A DNA stretch of 64,000 nucleotides, from positions 5,338,798 through 5,402,797 of the forward strand of contig OZ246013.1 of NCBI GenBank assembly GCA_965230575.1. Reading direction: 5' to 3'. Below the pieces are notes generated by a model. That model was not told the origin of the DNA. It did no database searches and was given only the letters and a program-made list of their open reading frames with translations. This document shows, piece by piece, positions 11,485-22,060 of the stretch. The stretch comes from Saprospiraceae bacterium (GTDB taxonomy: Bacteria; Bacteroidota; Bacteroidia; Chitinophagales; Saprospiraceae). The first letter of the stretch is position 1; each line of letters begins with the position of its first letter. The position numbers and the translations under genes were made by a program.

Positions 11485-12420
11485 ATGCTTAGCAGACGTA
11501 GTGTAAGAATCAAAGTAATGCAGCTTCTTTATGCGAAAAGTTCGGATGAAGCTCTTGATTTAAAAGGTAGCATGCAGCGATATTCTCGAATGATAGACCA
11601 AAGTTACGAGGTATTCCTATACAATCTTTTTTGCCTTGTACAAATAACCAAGATCGCAGCAGATGATGAAGCTAAGAAAAAAGCGAAGCACCTGCCATCA
11701 GAAGCTGACAAAGCTTTCTCCGCCAAATTATGTGACAACGAATTGATCAGAAGTCTTAGAGACAATGCGGCTCTTAATAAGATTTTTGAGTCAAAAAGTT
11801 TTAATGCAATGATTGATCGAGATCACATGATAAAGATCTATTATGAATTTGCAAAAGAAGAAGCATATTTGGCTTATTTGGCGAAGGATTGTGACAGAGC
11901 AGATCACGTTGAGATCCTTTTAGAATTGTACAGATTTTGCAGAAAGAACGAGCTTTTTAATGAAATCATAGGAGACGCATATCTCAATTGGATCGATGAT
12001 AAATCATTGGTAATTGGGGCACTTAAAAAAGTGATTAAATCTCTTCCTATTGAAGGTACTGACTTCTTAAAAGAATATTACCCCGACGATGAAACAATAA
12101 AAGACTACGGAGAACCCTTATTAAATAGAACTTTTAACGGAGATACGGCGTTATTAGAAATTATCAAACCGATTTTGACAAATTGGGATCATGAACGGTT
12201 GGCATTAATTGACATGATATTGTTGAAAATGGCAGCCTGCGAAATGCTTGAATTTCCTACCATCCCTGCGAAAGTGACATTGAATGAGTATGTCGAAGTG
12301 GCCAAATCTTACAGCACTGATAAAAGTAAAGAGTTTGTAAACGGAGTGCTTGACAAACTAATGAAGCAATTGGAAGAGGATGGGAAATTGAAAAAAGAGG
12401 GTAGAGGATTAATTGACTAA
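11485..12420 (+). CDS. nusB: Transcription antitermination factor NusB (long Bacteroidota form)
   Basis: N-terminus RRSVRIKVMQLLYA matches the NusB RRxARxxALQxLY motif. The C-terminal NusB fold has LALIDMILLKMAACEM. 311 aa. Confidence 0.75.
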   Translation: MLSRRSVRIKVMQLLYAKSSDEALDLKGSMQRYSRMIDQSYEVFLYNLFCLVQITKIAADDEAKKKAKHLPSEADKAFSAKLCDNELIRSLRDNAALNKIFESKSFNAMIDRDHMIKIYYEFAKEEAYLAYLAKDCDRADHVEILLELYRFCRKNELFNEIIGDAYLNWIDDKSLVIGALKKVIKSLPIEGTDFLKEYYPDDETIKDYGEPLLNRTFNGDTALLEIIKPILTNWDHERLALIDMILLKMAACEMLEFPTIPAKVTLNEYVEVAKSYSTDKSKEFVNGVLDKLMKQLEEDGKLKKEGRGLID

Positions 12421-12519
12421 ATTGATTTTTTTCCTTAACTTTATATTGAAGTGTTCTGATAGAATGCTTTGAAAAGCAAATAGTTACCCAATATTAGTTA
12501 ACTCATAAACTAATAACCC

Positions 12520-13083
12520 ATGATGAAATTGAAAATTGCTGCTGCATTCGTAGCTACCTTCTTAATGTCAATCTCTGGCGTTTATTCTCAAAAAGAATCA
12601 GTAATACTTTATAATAGCCAAGCCGTCAAAGTGCAATTGTCTCAAAAGGGAACAATTGAATCATTTATTAGTGTTGTGCCAGATTATATGTCGGAATATA
12701 ACATTGAAGTCAAACCAATCGAAGTAATTCCAGAAAAAATAGAAGAATCAATATTGCCAAAATCTACTGCAAAGAATGCGGATTATGCCGTAGTATCTAC
12801 CGATAGAGTAGAATTGAAATACAAGCCTAATTTTGCAACGCTTGATAAATCTGTAATAAACAAATTAAATGAAGTTGCAGCTAAATTGAAAGCAGACCCT
12901 AATGCAAAGATTTTGCTGACTGCCCATTCGACTTCTAAAATCAAAAGCAAACTTACAACCAATAGGCTTTCTTCGGCTATTGCATATCTTGGCATCAAAG
13001 GAATTCTCTCATACCGAATTCAGACTGATATTCAACAAAGTGAAAACTTGGTGGATGTAATTGCACTTTATTATTTGATGTAA
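12520..13083 (+). CDS. Secreted hypothetical protein with a degenerate OmpA-like C-terminal domain
   Basis: Signal peptide. The C-terminal LLTAHST...NRLSSAIAYLGIKGI resembles an OmpA_C peptidoglycan-binding motif, but weakly. Confidence 0.4.
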   Translation: MMKLKIAAAFVATFLMSISGVYSQKESVILYNSQAVKVQLSQKGTIESFISVVPDYMSEYNIEVKPIEVIPEKIEESILPKSTAKNADYAVVSTDRVELKYKPNFATLDKSVINKLNEVAAKLKADPNAKILLTAHSTSKIKSKLTTNRLSSAIAYLGIKGILSYRIQTDIQQSENLVDVIALYYLM

Positions 13084-13117
13084 TAGGGTAAAAGACTCTT
13101 ATTAGGAATATCCCTTA

Positions 13118-14032
13118 TTACTTCTTAGCCTTGTCATCGATCATTTTCATAATCTCCTCGTCGGTCTTGTCAATATTGTCCAGTAGAAATTTGACATCAT
13201 CTACAAGGTCATTGTCTGGATAATTAGATAAGAATCGATTGTAAACCTCTCTGGCAGCTTCTTTATTGTTCAGTTCATTCTCAAGCATAAATCCTTTTAA
13301 AAACACAGTGGTTGGTGTCTTTTCATAGTTAGGATACTTCTCTTCTATCCAGTCAAAAATACTCAATGCCTTTGGATAGGTTTTTAATGTTCTGGCCATT
13401 TCCGCTGCTCTATACAGGTACAAAGGAGCATTTTTTTCTTTGGGATAACCGATGGCATATGCCTCGCAGGCATCTACATATTTCTGAGCAGATAATTTAT
13501 TTATTCCAAACTTATCAGGGTTTTCAAATACTTTTTCCGCCATCTCTTTTATATATGCATCCACATCCTTAATATCTTCCTTTTGTTTGCCTTTGAGCTT
13601 ATCCATGTATTTGCCAGTAGGAAAGGTTGATTCGTAGGCATTAACCAAGATGCTTCCTGGGATGTCTTTACCTATGTCTTGAAGTGCGGAGGCCAATTTT
13701 GCGAAATGATCTTCATGTTGTGGGATGTCTGAAAAATCTTTGACCAATGGCATTAAAAAACCTATTGCAGTTGGTCCCATTTTATATTCCTCTGCCACAT
13801 TCAGGCCTTTGAGCAATAAGTCCATTTTTTTGGTCTTGTCTTCGGTCATAGACAACTCCTTTCTTACTTCCACTACAAAATTTTGTGCAGATGCTTTTCC
13901 AGGTTCAGTTTTCAGTTTTTCTATTGCTTGTTGAAATGAAGATAATTCATCTGATTTGGTTGTGGTGCCATCTTGTTTGCAAGATGATAAAATCAGCAAC
14001 AGGCAAAATGCAATTAGATTTCGAGGATTCAT
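13118..14032 (-). CDS. Tetratricopeptide-repeat lipoprotein
   Basis: Lipobox LLILSSCKQD. TPR-like helical repeats throughout. Confidence 0.55.
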   Translation of the reverse strand: MNPRNLIAFCLLLILSSCKQDGTTTKSDELSSFQQAIEKLKTEPGKASAQNFVVEVRKELSMTEDKTKKMDLLLKGLNVAEEYKMGPTAIGFLMPLVKDFSDIPQHEDHFAKLASALQDIGKDIPGSILVNAYESTFPTGKYMDKLKGKQKEDIKDVDAYIKEMAEKVFENPDKFGINKLSAQKYVDACEAYAIGYPKEKNAPLYLYRAAEMARTLKTYPKALSIFDWIEEKYPNYEKTPTTVFLKGFMLENELNNKEAAREVYNRFLSNYPDNDLVDDVKFLLDNIDKTDEEIMKMIDDKAKK

Positions 14033-14232
14033 AATGATTCAATTTAGTTTTGTGTAATTCACACTTGAATGAACCGACAAAATTAAACTTTGCATTGATA
14101 TATTCAAAAAACTTTGATGTATAAGCTTAATCGTCATGTGGTATACCTTTCATTGTGCTTATTTCACTTCTTTTTTGCTTCTGCTTTGATTGATGAATCT
14201 ACATCCTTATTTTGGTCATTAAATATTAAAAT

Positions 14233-15450
14233 ATGCCTTCTAAAAAAGTTGAATTCGTAAATAATAATGGATACAAATTATCAGCGAGAATGGAGCTGCC
14301 ATTGTCGTCCAAACCAGATGCGTATGCCGTCTTTGCCCATGTATTTACTGGAAGCAAAAACTTATCAGCCACTCGACATATCAGTAGGGCTTTGACGTTG
14401 AATGGGATTGCAGTCTTGCGATTTGATTTTACAGGTCTTGGAGAGAGTGAAGGCGATTTTAGTGATACTAATTTTACCAGTAATGTGGAAGATCTATTGG
14501 CGGCTTGCAGATTTTTAAGGGACAATTACGAAGAGCCAAGTATAATGATAGGTCATAGCCTAGGAGGCGCAGCATCTGTATTCGCTGCTTCCAAGGTAGA
14601 TGCTATCAAAGCAGTAGCGACAATAGGAACTCCGTCGGAACCAGAACATGTTACCCATCTCCTAACCAGCAAAATAGAAGACATTGAAGATACAGGCATG
14701 GCTAATGTAAATATAGGTGGTCGTGAATTTACTATTAAAAAACACTTTTTGGATGACCTGAGATCCAAAGATATGTATAAAATTGTGCGTAACCTAAACA
14801 AGGCCATTCTGGTGCTTCATTCGCCTCAAGATAGGGTAGTGGAAATTGAGAACGCGGCCAAAATCTACCATGCTGCCATGCATCCCAAAAGTTTTGTTAC
14901 CCTGAATGAGGCAGATCATATGCTTACCAATAAAAATGATGCTTACTACGTCGGGAATATGATTGCTACTTGGGCAAAACGATATGTCGATATTCCTTCT
15001 ACCACAAAATTGGTCACCCATAAGCAAGTTGTGGCAAAACTGGGAAGTTCTGGTTTTACGACGGATATAATGGCAGGAAAACATGGATTAATAGCAGATG
15101 AGTCGGAAGAATTAGGTGGTGCAGATTTTGGACCTTCTCCCTACGAAATGCTCAATGCTTCATTGGGTGCATGCACGGCCATGACATTACAGATGTATGC
15201 CAGACGTAAAAAATGGGATTTGAAAGAAGTAAAGGTTCATCTTTCATTTACAAGAAGCTATAAGGACGATTGTGAACACTGCGATGTGAATGATCGAAGA
15301 TTGGAAGTATTTGACCGAGAAATTGAAATTAGAGGAAACCTGGATGAGGCTCAAATAAATAGATTGCTCGAAATAGCGAATAAATGTCCTGTGCATAGGA
15401 CTTTGGAGGCATCAGCTGAGGTGCGAACTAAGCTTTTAAAAGTGAATTAG
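14233..15450 (+). CDS. Bifunctional alpha/beta-hydrolase / OsmC-family peroxiredoxin-like protein
   Basis: N-terminal hydrolase domain with the GHSLGG nucleophile elbow. The C-terminal ~140 aa is an OsmC/Ohr fold (GGADFGPSPYEMLNASLGACTAMT). Confidence 0.8.
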   Translation: MPSKKVEFVNNNGYKLSARMELPLSSKPDAYAVFAHVFTGSKNLSATRHISRALTLNGIAVLRFDFTGLGESEGDFSDTNFTSNVEDLLAACRFLRDNYEEPSIMIGHSLGGAASVFAASKVDAIKAVATIGTPSEPEHVTHLLTSKIEDIEDTGMANVNIGGREFTIKKHFLDDLRSKDMYKIVRNLNKAILVLHSPQDRVVEIENAAKIYHAAMHPKSFVTLNEADHMLTNKNDAYYVGNMIATWAKRYVDIPSTTKLVTHKQVVAKLGSSGFTTDIMAGKHGLIADESEELGGADFGPSPYEMLNASLGACTAMTLQMYARRKKWDLKEVKVHLSFTRSYKDDCEHCDVNDRRLEVFDREIEIRGNLDEAQINRLLEIANKCPVHRTLEASAEVRTKLLKVN

Positions 15451-15485
15451 GTTTACTAAACTTCTAAATTTTAGTAAACCTAATT
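15445..15485. repeat. Member of the dispersed palindrome family: aattaggtttactaaacttctaaattttagtaaacctaatt (16-bp perfect arms).
   Basis: Located in the 46-bp gap between the convergent hydrolase/OsmC and DUF4197 genes. Confidence 0.75.
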
Positions 15486-15496
15486 CCATAATATCT

Positions 15497-16228
15497 TTAT
15501 TTATCCCGACTACCGAATACTTTCTTCAGTAGTTCAGTATTTCTTTGATCTACATTACTTCGAATTCCTTCTTCTTTCTTTGCGATAAGAGAAAACATCC
15601 CAACCAATGCCTTTGAATTGACGTGATCGTCCAGTTCTGGATTTACTTTCTTTACGAAGGGCAATTTATTGTATGCACTGACTACAGAACTCCAATATTC
15701 TCGTGCATTTACCTCATCTAGAGCCGATTGAATTACTGGCATGAAGGCATCATATAGTTTCTGATAACTTTTGTCCTTCAGGTACATCGTCGCGGCATCT
15801 TCCTCTCCACCCAAGATATCCATGGCATCATCAAAAGTGATGGATTTTACAGCATCGACAAATATCGGGGTTGCCTTTTTAGCGGCACTTTCTGCAGCCC
15901 TATTCATTTTAAGAATGAGATCTCGCTCTACATTCTCAAAACCTGGCACTCTTTTGACTTTTGAAATAACCTTCTCAGCTTCTGATGGAATTTCGACTTT
16001 GTACTTGCTTTTTAGGTAGCCATCTTCTGCGGATAATTTGTCTACAGCTTGTTCTATGCCCTGGTCCAAGGCTTCCTTGAGTCCATCGGCAACTTCATCC
16101 TTGGAAAGTGGATTTTCGCCCTTGACGACTTTCTTAGCTTTGTCTAGGATTTTTCCAAACTGTGCGCTTGAACTAGTGGTAACTGAAAATACAGTTAATA
16201 TTATAAATAGGTATTTTATTGATTTCAT
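15497..16228 (-). CDS. DUF4197 family secreted protein
   Basis: Signal peptide. LSKDEVADGLKEALDQGIEQAVDKL is typical of DUF4197. Confidence 0.6.
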   Translation of the reverse strand: MKSIKYLFIILTVFSVTTSSSAQFGKILDKAKKVVKGENPLSKDEVADGLKEALDQGIEQAVDKLSAEDGYLKSKYKVEIPSEAEKVISKVKRVPGFENVERDLILKMNRAAESAAKKATPIFVDAVKSITFDDAMDILGGEEDAATMYLKDKSYQKLYDAFMPVIQSALDEVNAREYWSSVVSAYNKLPFVKKVNPELDDHVNSKALVGMFSLIAKKEEGIRSNVDQRNTELLKKVFGSRDK

Positions 16229-16365
16229 CTTTTATTAAGTTGATACACATTGTAAACGGAAGAAAAGAAAAGTTGACTGCATCAGAATACATAATTAATT
16301 GTTAAACTATTAAGCTTATAACAATTGTATTTATTTGGATGTCAGTCAACCCCTCAATTTTATTC

Positions 16366-19300
16366 CTAAATCTTACTCAATTTGAAAACCTTGGTGGCAT
16401 CTTTATAATTGACTTTTATAAAATACAAGCCTGGAATCAAATCCTCGATAACTACTGAAGAGTTGGATGAAGTTTGGCTCTTACTGATAGTTCTACCCGA
16501 ATAATCAATAATTTCATACTCAATGTCAACATTTCTATCACTGCTAAATGAGAAATTAGAAACAGCTGGATTTGGGTTTATAGTCAGATTTTCCAAATCA
16601 ATGTCATTGGTCGAGATTACCATTATTGTAAATGTGGTAGTGTCCAAACAGCCGTATGAATCCTGAACATAGCCTATGTAGTCACCATTTGCTAATGGTC
16701 CAAAATTCTCATCATCTGAGAAAGTTGTGCCATCAATACTATACACATAGGGTGCGGTACCTCCACTTGCGGAAAGAGAAACGAAAGCCTCTGCTACTCC
16801 AGACATGGCAATAAGGTCAAATTCAGGTTCTGTGATTTCTATTCCAATTTGAACAAATTCATTGCCTTCCGCATCTATTATTGTAACTTGATATGTTCCT
16901 GCAATTAAATTGGTGAAGCTGTCAAAAGTGATTGGTGGATTGTCATCTAGTTGATACATATATGGCGCTTTACCACCTGAAACGCTATTGATATAGATGC
17001 CTCCATTTGCATTACCTTTACAATCAATCCTCTCAGTACTTATGTCTGCACCACCTATTTGATAAAATACGAAGTCCATAGAAGACTCTGCAATACATCC
17101 ATTTTCATCTTGAACATAAATTCGATAAGGAGTGCCGTCAAATATTTCTATTGTATTTTCTGCAAAATAATTTTGTCCATCTAATGAATATGTAAGTGCT
17201 CCGGTTCCACCAGCACCATCAATGGTAATTTCATTGTCACCAGGAAAAAAGACAAAGGTTATTTGAGTTGGTTCTACAATGGTCAATACTTGAGACTCAA
17301 CTTCACTTCCAATATCATCCTTTACAGTTACAGTATAGTCACCAGGGCCCAAGTTTTCGAATACATTTTGAGCTTCAAACGGACCTTCATTCAAACTATA
17401 AGTGTAATTTGGAAGTCCTCCCATTCCCATGACTTCAATTCGACCATCTGATTCGCCAAAACAACTTATTTGGTTGGTAATAGAGGCATCAATACTCAAT
17501 CCTGAAATACTGGACGAAATCAAAAATGTATTGTTGGATGTATATCTGAATTGATCATCTTGAGTATCAAAAATGAAGCTGTCATCAGTTGCGCTTAAAT
17601 CTGTAAGCTCGTACCTTATCATGTCAAGATTGACATCCTCTTGTGAGAATGTATCGCCAATTTCAAGTGTTTCATATGTACCAGATGTGAGTTTTTGAAC
17701 CTCTCCGTAAGCTGGCGTGCTTCGCAATGTGAATCGGGTATTTGTCGGATCACTATTCTCCATCTCCAAATGGGACATTGTGATTGTACCCATTGTAGTG
17801 TTGTTTAAGTTGAGAACATTGTTGTTGAGTAATGATCCTGGCTCAATAAAGACCGTTTCACAATTCATAATTGACCAACTAACCAACTCTCCGCCATCCC
17901 CTTCAAAATTATCCGTAAGTCTTAATGTCCAAGTACCAGCGATTGGTATATTTTCAAATGCTGAAAGGGACTCTGCTGGTTGGAAAGTACCCTCAATGGC
18001 ATATCCTTCATCATCACATGTGTTTTCAAATTCTTGAGCTGTGCTTGGAGCAGTGTCAAAGAATGTAGCCAAGATATCATTGCCATCGCATCCAAAATTG
18101 GACTGTGGTACTCCAGGTCTATCAAATAGAATAACTTCTGTTTGATCTGGAGCAATCAGTGTGGCAACCAAATCACCAACCCAACTATGAGTAATATTCA
18201 CTGCTACCTCAAAATCGCCATAGTTGCCATCTCCAATCATTTCAATTTCACTTTCTATTAAATTGTCATTGCTTACTGATATAGGCAAATTCGCCATTTC
18301 CGTCTCCGTAGCACAAGACAATTGCCTGGTTTGGAACGACTGAAATCCCTGCCACTCTGGATCGACACAACCAGATACTCCTCTTACTCTCCAATAATAC
18401 ACGGTCATTGATTCCAGCCCTGTAGGAAAAATAAAATCATCAGTTGTTGAAGCACCAAATGTCAGATTCGCAAAATTTGGACTTTCTGCTATTTCTATAT
18501 CATAACTATCTACTCCCGCGAGTTCTTCCCAAGATAAAAATGCAGTGGTCGAAACACCAATTTGACCGTCTTCAGGACTCAAATAGTTGACAGGCATATT
18601 TTGATCTGTCCCTACTTCAAGAGTCACAGTCTCAGCCAATGATTCCATATCTCCTTGTGTTACGATTTCTAAGTTGTAGGTGCCAAAAAGATCAGCCGTA
18701 AGATTTTCAATTGTCAATATCACTTCGGTGTCTTCTGAAGCCTGGGCAGGCGTGAAAGTGTGTGTTGCACCTGCTGGCAATCCATTCAGAATAAATGTCG
18801 CTTCGTATGGATCCGAACCAAAGACGGTATAGTCAATAGTGAATGTGGCTACATCATTAGGGCAAACAGCTACACTAGATGGTGTAATCACCGAAGAAAA
18901 TGGTGCTATAATATTAATATCACGATTGTTGAGGTCGAAGAATGTCTTCGTCGAACATTTCAACATTATCCTTCCCTGAGATGTAAGTTGGAAAGGTACA
19001 GTGATATCATGTTCGCCATCATTCGGAACATTTTCTGCAAGCACAATGTCAAAACTCTGTCCACGATTAAGAGATAGTATAATATCTACATTGTCGCAAG
19101 AAACTGGAGGTATATCGGTGTTGGCCACATCCCAGGTAACCGTTTTTGTCTCTCCAGCACTCCATGTCTCAAAAGAGTTTTGAGAAGTAATCATGAATGG
19201 TCCTGCTGAAGTGGTGAAAGTTACGCTCAAATCATCATCAGCAGTACAACCTCCAAGCTCATTATTGTCTCTCACAGTAAGGTTGAATTCCATGTCTCTA

Positions 19301-20823
19301 TTTGCATTCGGTAATACTTCCCATGTAGTACCATTGGTGCCAAACAAAACACTTGCCAGACCAGGAAAATATCTAGTTGGGTTTTCTGATGGATCAAATG
19401 ACCTGAAAGCAGGACCTACTGTAGAAGTTGCGCTAGGTGGCATTTGTGCCGACTCATTATCCATTTGTTCCCAACAATAGGTAAGCATGTCATTGTCAGG
19501 ATCTGAGGCCTCAGCAGTAAGGAAAAATGGAGTTCGAACAGGTAGAACCTGTCCAGTCTCAGTTATAGATGTAATCTCTGGTGCCTCATTATCAATCATT
19601 ATGAACTCAGCACAATTACCGTTGCCCGCTACTACAAAATTTGCTACTTCTTGCTGTGATACAGCATGGAAATAGTCATCGCTATTATTCTGAACATTTG
19701 GAGAACAAATACCTGCATATCCCATTATGGTACTTGCACTTCCAGGCTCCATTGCAGTACTACTATTTCTGTTGCAAGGATTGTTTTGTGTGTGATTTCC
19801 GCCGAATTGGTGTCCCATTTCGTGTGCTACATAATCTACCCAAAATGGATCTCCTGTGGGATTACCCAATCCTGTCACACCTCTAGCTTTTCTATTGGTA
19901 CATGGGCTTCTAAGACTGGCAATACCACCACCACCAGTGCTGTATACATGACCAATGTCATAATTATTAAACCCAATGACTTGATCAATAGTCGCTTGGT
20001 TTTGTCCCAACATTGCTCCACCATCATTGTTGGTATATGGATCCGTATTGCCATTGAGATAGATAAGTTGATCTGTCTCAGCAATCAATTCCATAGTAAT
20101 GGTGAAGTCTCTCTCATAGATACCATTTACTCTTATCATCGATGCATTGAATTCAGCCAATACATCTGGAACATTGCCACCATGAAAATTGGCATATTCA
20201 CCAGTGCACGCCATGGCCAACCTAAATTTTCTTAGTTGACAATCACCGAATCTCGAATTGCTTTCATGTCCTTTGTATCCATCATTGGGTACTTCTACTG
20301 TACAAGTGCCCTCGCCTGGTGCAAGTTCACGTTCATAATTTGATCTTTTGTATAGGATATAGCTTTCTTGACTTTTTGGTAAATATCTATCCATATAGAT
20401 GGTTTCATGCCTATTCGAAAGCAACATTCCCTCTATTCCCTTGTGCGACATACTGATTTTAAGCACAGCAGTGGGGTCAGTAAGACTAAGACCGGTGTAA
20501 GCAGATATTTCGGGGTACTTCGCAGCTAGATCAGGGTGAAAAACATCACTTCTTTTTACACTAAATTTCTGCATTTTTCCACTTGGCATTGGCCAATTGA
20601 TAATTATCCCCTTTTCATTAGATTCAAATCTCTTTGGAGCATTTTTAAGCATTGATTTGAAATGTTCGAAATCCAATTCATAAGAATCATACTTGGTCGG
20701 TAAAATCTTTCTTTCCTGATCGAATGATCGAAACGAGGAATTCTCTACATTTTTCCATTTTTGGGCATTTGCCGTTGTCAAGAATATTAAAGAAAAGAAT
20801 AATAGTAGTATGCGATTTTTCAT
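16366..20823 (-). CDS. Secreted multidomain zinc metallopeptidase (metzincin, HEMGHQFGGNH) with a proprotein-convertase P-domain, SprB-like/Ig-like repeats and a T9SS C-terminal sorting domain
   Basis: Signal peptide. HExxHxxGxxH zinc site. P-domain-like segment GDLVATLIAPDQTEVILFDRPG. Repeated beta-rich modules. C-terminus ...LYFIKVNYKDATKVFKLSKI is typical of a T9SS CTD. Confidence 0.8.
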   Translation of the reverse strand: MKNRILLLFFSLIFLTTANAQKWKNVENSSFRSFDQERKILPTKYDSYELDFEHFKSMLKNAPKRFESNEKGIIINWPMPSGKMQKFSVKRSDVFHPDLAAKYPEISAYTGLSLTDPTAVLKISMSHKGIEGMLLSNRHETIYMDRYLPKSQESYILYKRSNYERELAPGEGTCTVEVPNDGYKGHESNSRFGDCQLRKFRLAMACTGEYANFHGGNVPDVLAEFNASMIRVNGIYERDFTITMELIAETDQLIYLNGNTDPYTNNDGGAMLGQNQATIDQVIGFNNYDIGHVYSTGGGGIASLRSPCTNRKARGVTGLGNPTGDPFWVDYVAHEMGHQFGGNHTQNNPCNRNSSTAMEPGSASTIMGYAGICSPNVQNNSDDYFHAVSQQEVANFVVAGNGNCAEFIMIDNEAPEITSITETGQVLPVRTPFFLTAEASDPDNDMLTYCWEQMDNESAQMPPSATSTVGPAFRSFDPSENPTRYFPGLASVLFGTNGTTWEVLPNANRDMEFNLTVRDNNELGGCTADDDLSVTFTTSAGPFMITSQNSFETWSAGETKTVTWDVANTDIPPVSCDNVDIILSLNRGQSFDIVLAENVPNDGEHDITVPFQLTSQGRIMLKCSTKTFFDLNNRDINIIAPFSSVITPSSVAVCPNDVATFTIDYTVFGSDPYEATFILNGLPAGATHTFTPAQASEDTEVILTIENLTADLFGTYNLEIVTQGDMESLAETVTLEVGTDQNMPVNYLSPEDGQIGVSTTAFLSWEELAGVDSYDIEIAESPNFANLTFGASTTDDFIFPTGLESMTVYYWRVRGVSGCVDPEWQGFQSFQTRQLSCATETEMANLPISVSNDNLIESEIEMIGDGNYGDFEVAVNITHSWVGDLVATLIAPDQTEVILFDRPGVPQSNFGCDGNDILATFFDTAPSTAQEFENTCDDEGYAIEGTFQPAESLSAFENIPIAGTWTLRLTDNFEGDGGELVSWSIMNCETVFIEPGSLLNNNVLNLNNTTMGTITMSHLEMENSDPTNTRFTLRSTPAYGEVQKLTSGTYETLEIGDTFSQEDVNLDMIRYELTDLSATDDSFIFDTQDDQFRYTSNNTFLISSSISGLSIDASITNQISCFGESDGRIEVMGMGGLPNYTYSLNEGPFEAQNVFENLGPGDYTVTVKDDIGSEVESQVLTIVEPTQITFVFFPGDNEITIDGAGGTGALTYSLDGQNYFAENTIEIFDGTPYRIYVQDENGCIAESSMDFVFYQIGGADISTERIDCKGNANGGIYINSVSGGKAPYMYQLDDNPPITFDSFTNLIAGTYQVTIIDAEGNEFVQIGIEITEPEFDLIAMSGVAEAFVSLSASGGTAPYVYSIDGTTFSDDENFGPLANGDYIGYVQDSYGCLDTTTFTIMVISTNDIDLENLTINPNPAVSNFSFSSDRNVDIEYEIIDYSGRTISKSQTSSNSSVVIEDLIPGLYFIKVNYKDATKVFKLSKI

Positions 20824-21011
20824 ATTGCTTTCAGAAAATTTAATAGATCACTATATTATGGTAGAAACCTCGAAATTAAAAATAAAGTATGTTGCTAAAA
20901 GCATTAAGTTGAATTTCTTTTTAATAATTAGTTTGACGGACATAGTTTTGATAAAAGACTTTATCTGTACTTTTGACGAAGATATATATCGAATCATCTA
21001 ATATTTTCGTT

Positions 21012-21302
21012 TTGGCAGTAGATAAAGAAGTAATATTAAAGCTTGAAAAACTAGCAAAATTGAGACTCAGCGATGAAGAACGCAGAGAAATTGGTGTAGA
21101 TCTGGAAAATATTCTTTCTATGATCAATAAGCTGGAAGAAATCGATACGTCGGGAGTGGAGCCCTTGGTTTATATTCACGAGGAGGTGAATGTATTAAGA
21201 GCAGATAAAATTGAAGGAATGCTGGATACAGAGCAAGGATTGAAAAATGCTCCTAAGCGAATCGATAATTATTTTGCAGTACCCAAGATTATTAATAAAT
21301 AG
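21012..21302 (+). CDS. gatC: Asp-tRNA(Asn)/Glu-tRNA(Gln) amidotransferase subunit C
   Basis: KLAKLRLSDEERREIGVDLENIL...DTSGVEPL matches the GatC pattern. The start is placed at the in-frame TTG at 21012 (96 aa); the ORF track extends to a TTG at 20973. Confidence 0.7.
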   Translation: MAVDKEVILKLEKLAKLRLSDEERREIGVDLENILSMINKLEEIDTSGVEPLVYIHEEVNVLRADKIEGMLDTEQGLKNAPKRIDNYFAVPKIINK

Positions 21303-21324
21303 ATAAATCATAAAAAAGTAATAA

Positions 21325-22056
21325 ATGCAACAAGTAATTTCTATTAAGGACCTGAAGAAAACCTATATAATGGGTATGGAAAGTGTTCATGCATTGAAAT
21401 CAATTACGATGGATGTCATGAAAAATGAATACATGGCATTGATGGGACCTTCTGGAAGTGGTAAATCAACACTTATGAATCTAATGGGTTGCTTGGATAC
21501 TCCGACAGCTGGAGATTATTATTTGAATGGAGCTAATGTCAGTGTAATGTCCGACAGCGAATTGGCAGAAATTAGAAACAAAGAAATCGGATTTGTATTC
21601 CAAACTTTTAACCTTCTTCCCAGACTTAGTACATTGGACAATGTCGCCTTGCCCTTGGTCTATGCAGGATTGAGCAAATCCGAGAGAGATGATAAAGCCG
21701 AAGCTGTGTTGGAATCAGTAGGCCTTGGAGATAGAATCACACATAAACCAAATGAACTTTCCGGAGGACAAAGGCAGAGAGTGGCCATTGCAAGAGCCTT
21801 GGTTAATGATCCTGCGATTATTCTGGCGGATGAGCCAACTGGAAATTTGGATACAAAGACTTCTATTGAGATAATGGAAATATTTGAAAAAATACACGCT
21901 AATGGCAATACGATCATTGTTGTAACTCACGAACCAGATATTGCTGAGCATTGCCATAGGATTGTTAGACTTAGAGACGGTCTTGTGGAGTCAGACAAGC
22001 GAAATGATAATATCATTTTGGCAAGCGATCCTGATCATAGATACAACATTAATTAA
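21325..22056 (+). CDS. ABC transporter ATP-binding protein (MacB/LolD-like)
   Basis: Walker [13 protein letters not shown] signature LSGGQRQR, Walker [12 protein letters not shown]. Confidence 0.85.
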   Translation: MQQVISIKDLKKTYIMGMESVHALKSITMDVMKNEYMALMGPSGSGKSTLMNLMGCLDTPTAGDYYLNGANVSVMSDSELAEIRNKEIGFVFQTFNLLPRLSTLDNVALPLVYAGLSKSERDDKAEAVLESVGLGDRITHKPNELSGGQRQRVAIARALVNDPAIILADEPTGNLDTKTSIEIMEIFEKIHANGNTIIVVTHEPDIAEHCHRIVRLRDGLVESDKRNDNIILASDPDHRYNIN

Positions 22057-22060
22057 GTCG

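Noticed and set aside
13084-13117. Imperfect palindrome taataggg...cccttatta between convergent genes
   Set aside because: It is short and imperfect, and its sequence is unrelated to the TTTACTAAACTT palindrome family. It is probably an ordinary terminator-like hairpin.
19666-20235. 189-aa plus-strand ORF (and several other 60-190-aa ORFs) antisense inside the metalloprotease gene
   Set aside because: It is fully embedded antisense in a well-supported 1485-aa CDS, and its translation is Cys/His/Ile-rich and low-complexity.
21941-22060. Upstream 40-aa extension of the adenosyltransferase ORF
   Set aside because: The extension overlaps the ABC gene. The canonical PduO N-terminus MKIYTKTGDEGMTSL begins at the ATG at 22061.
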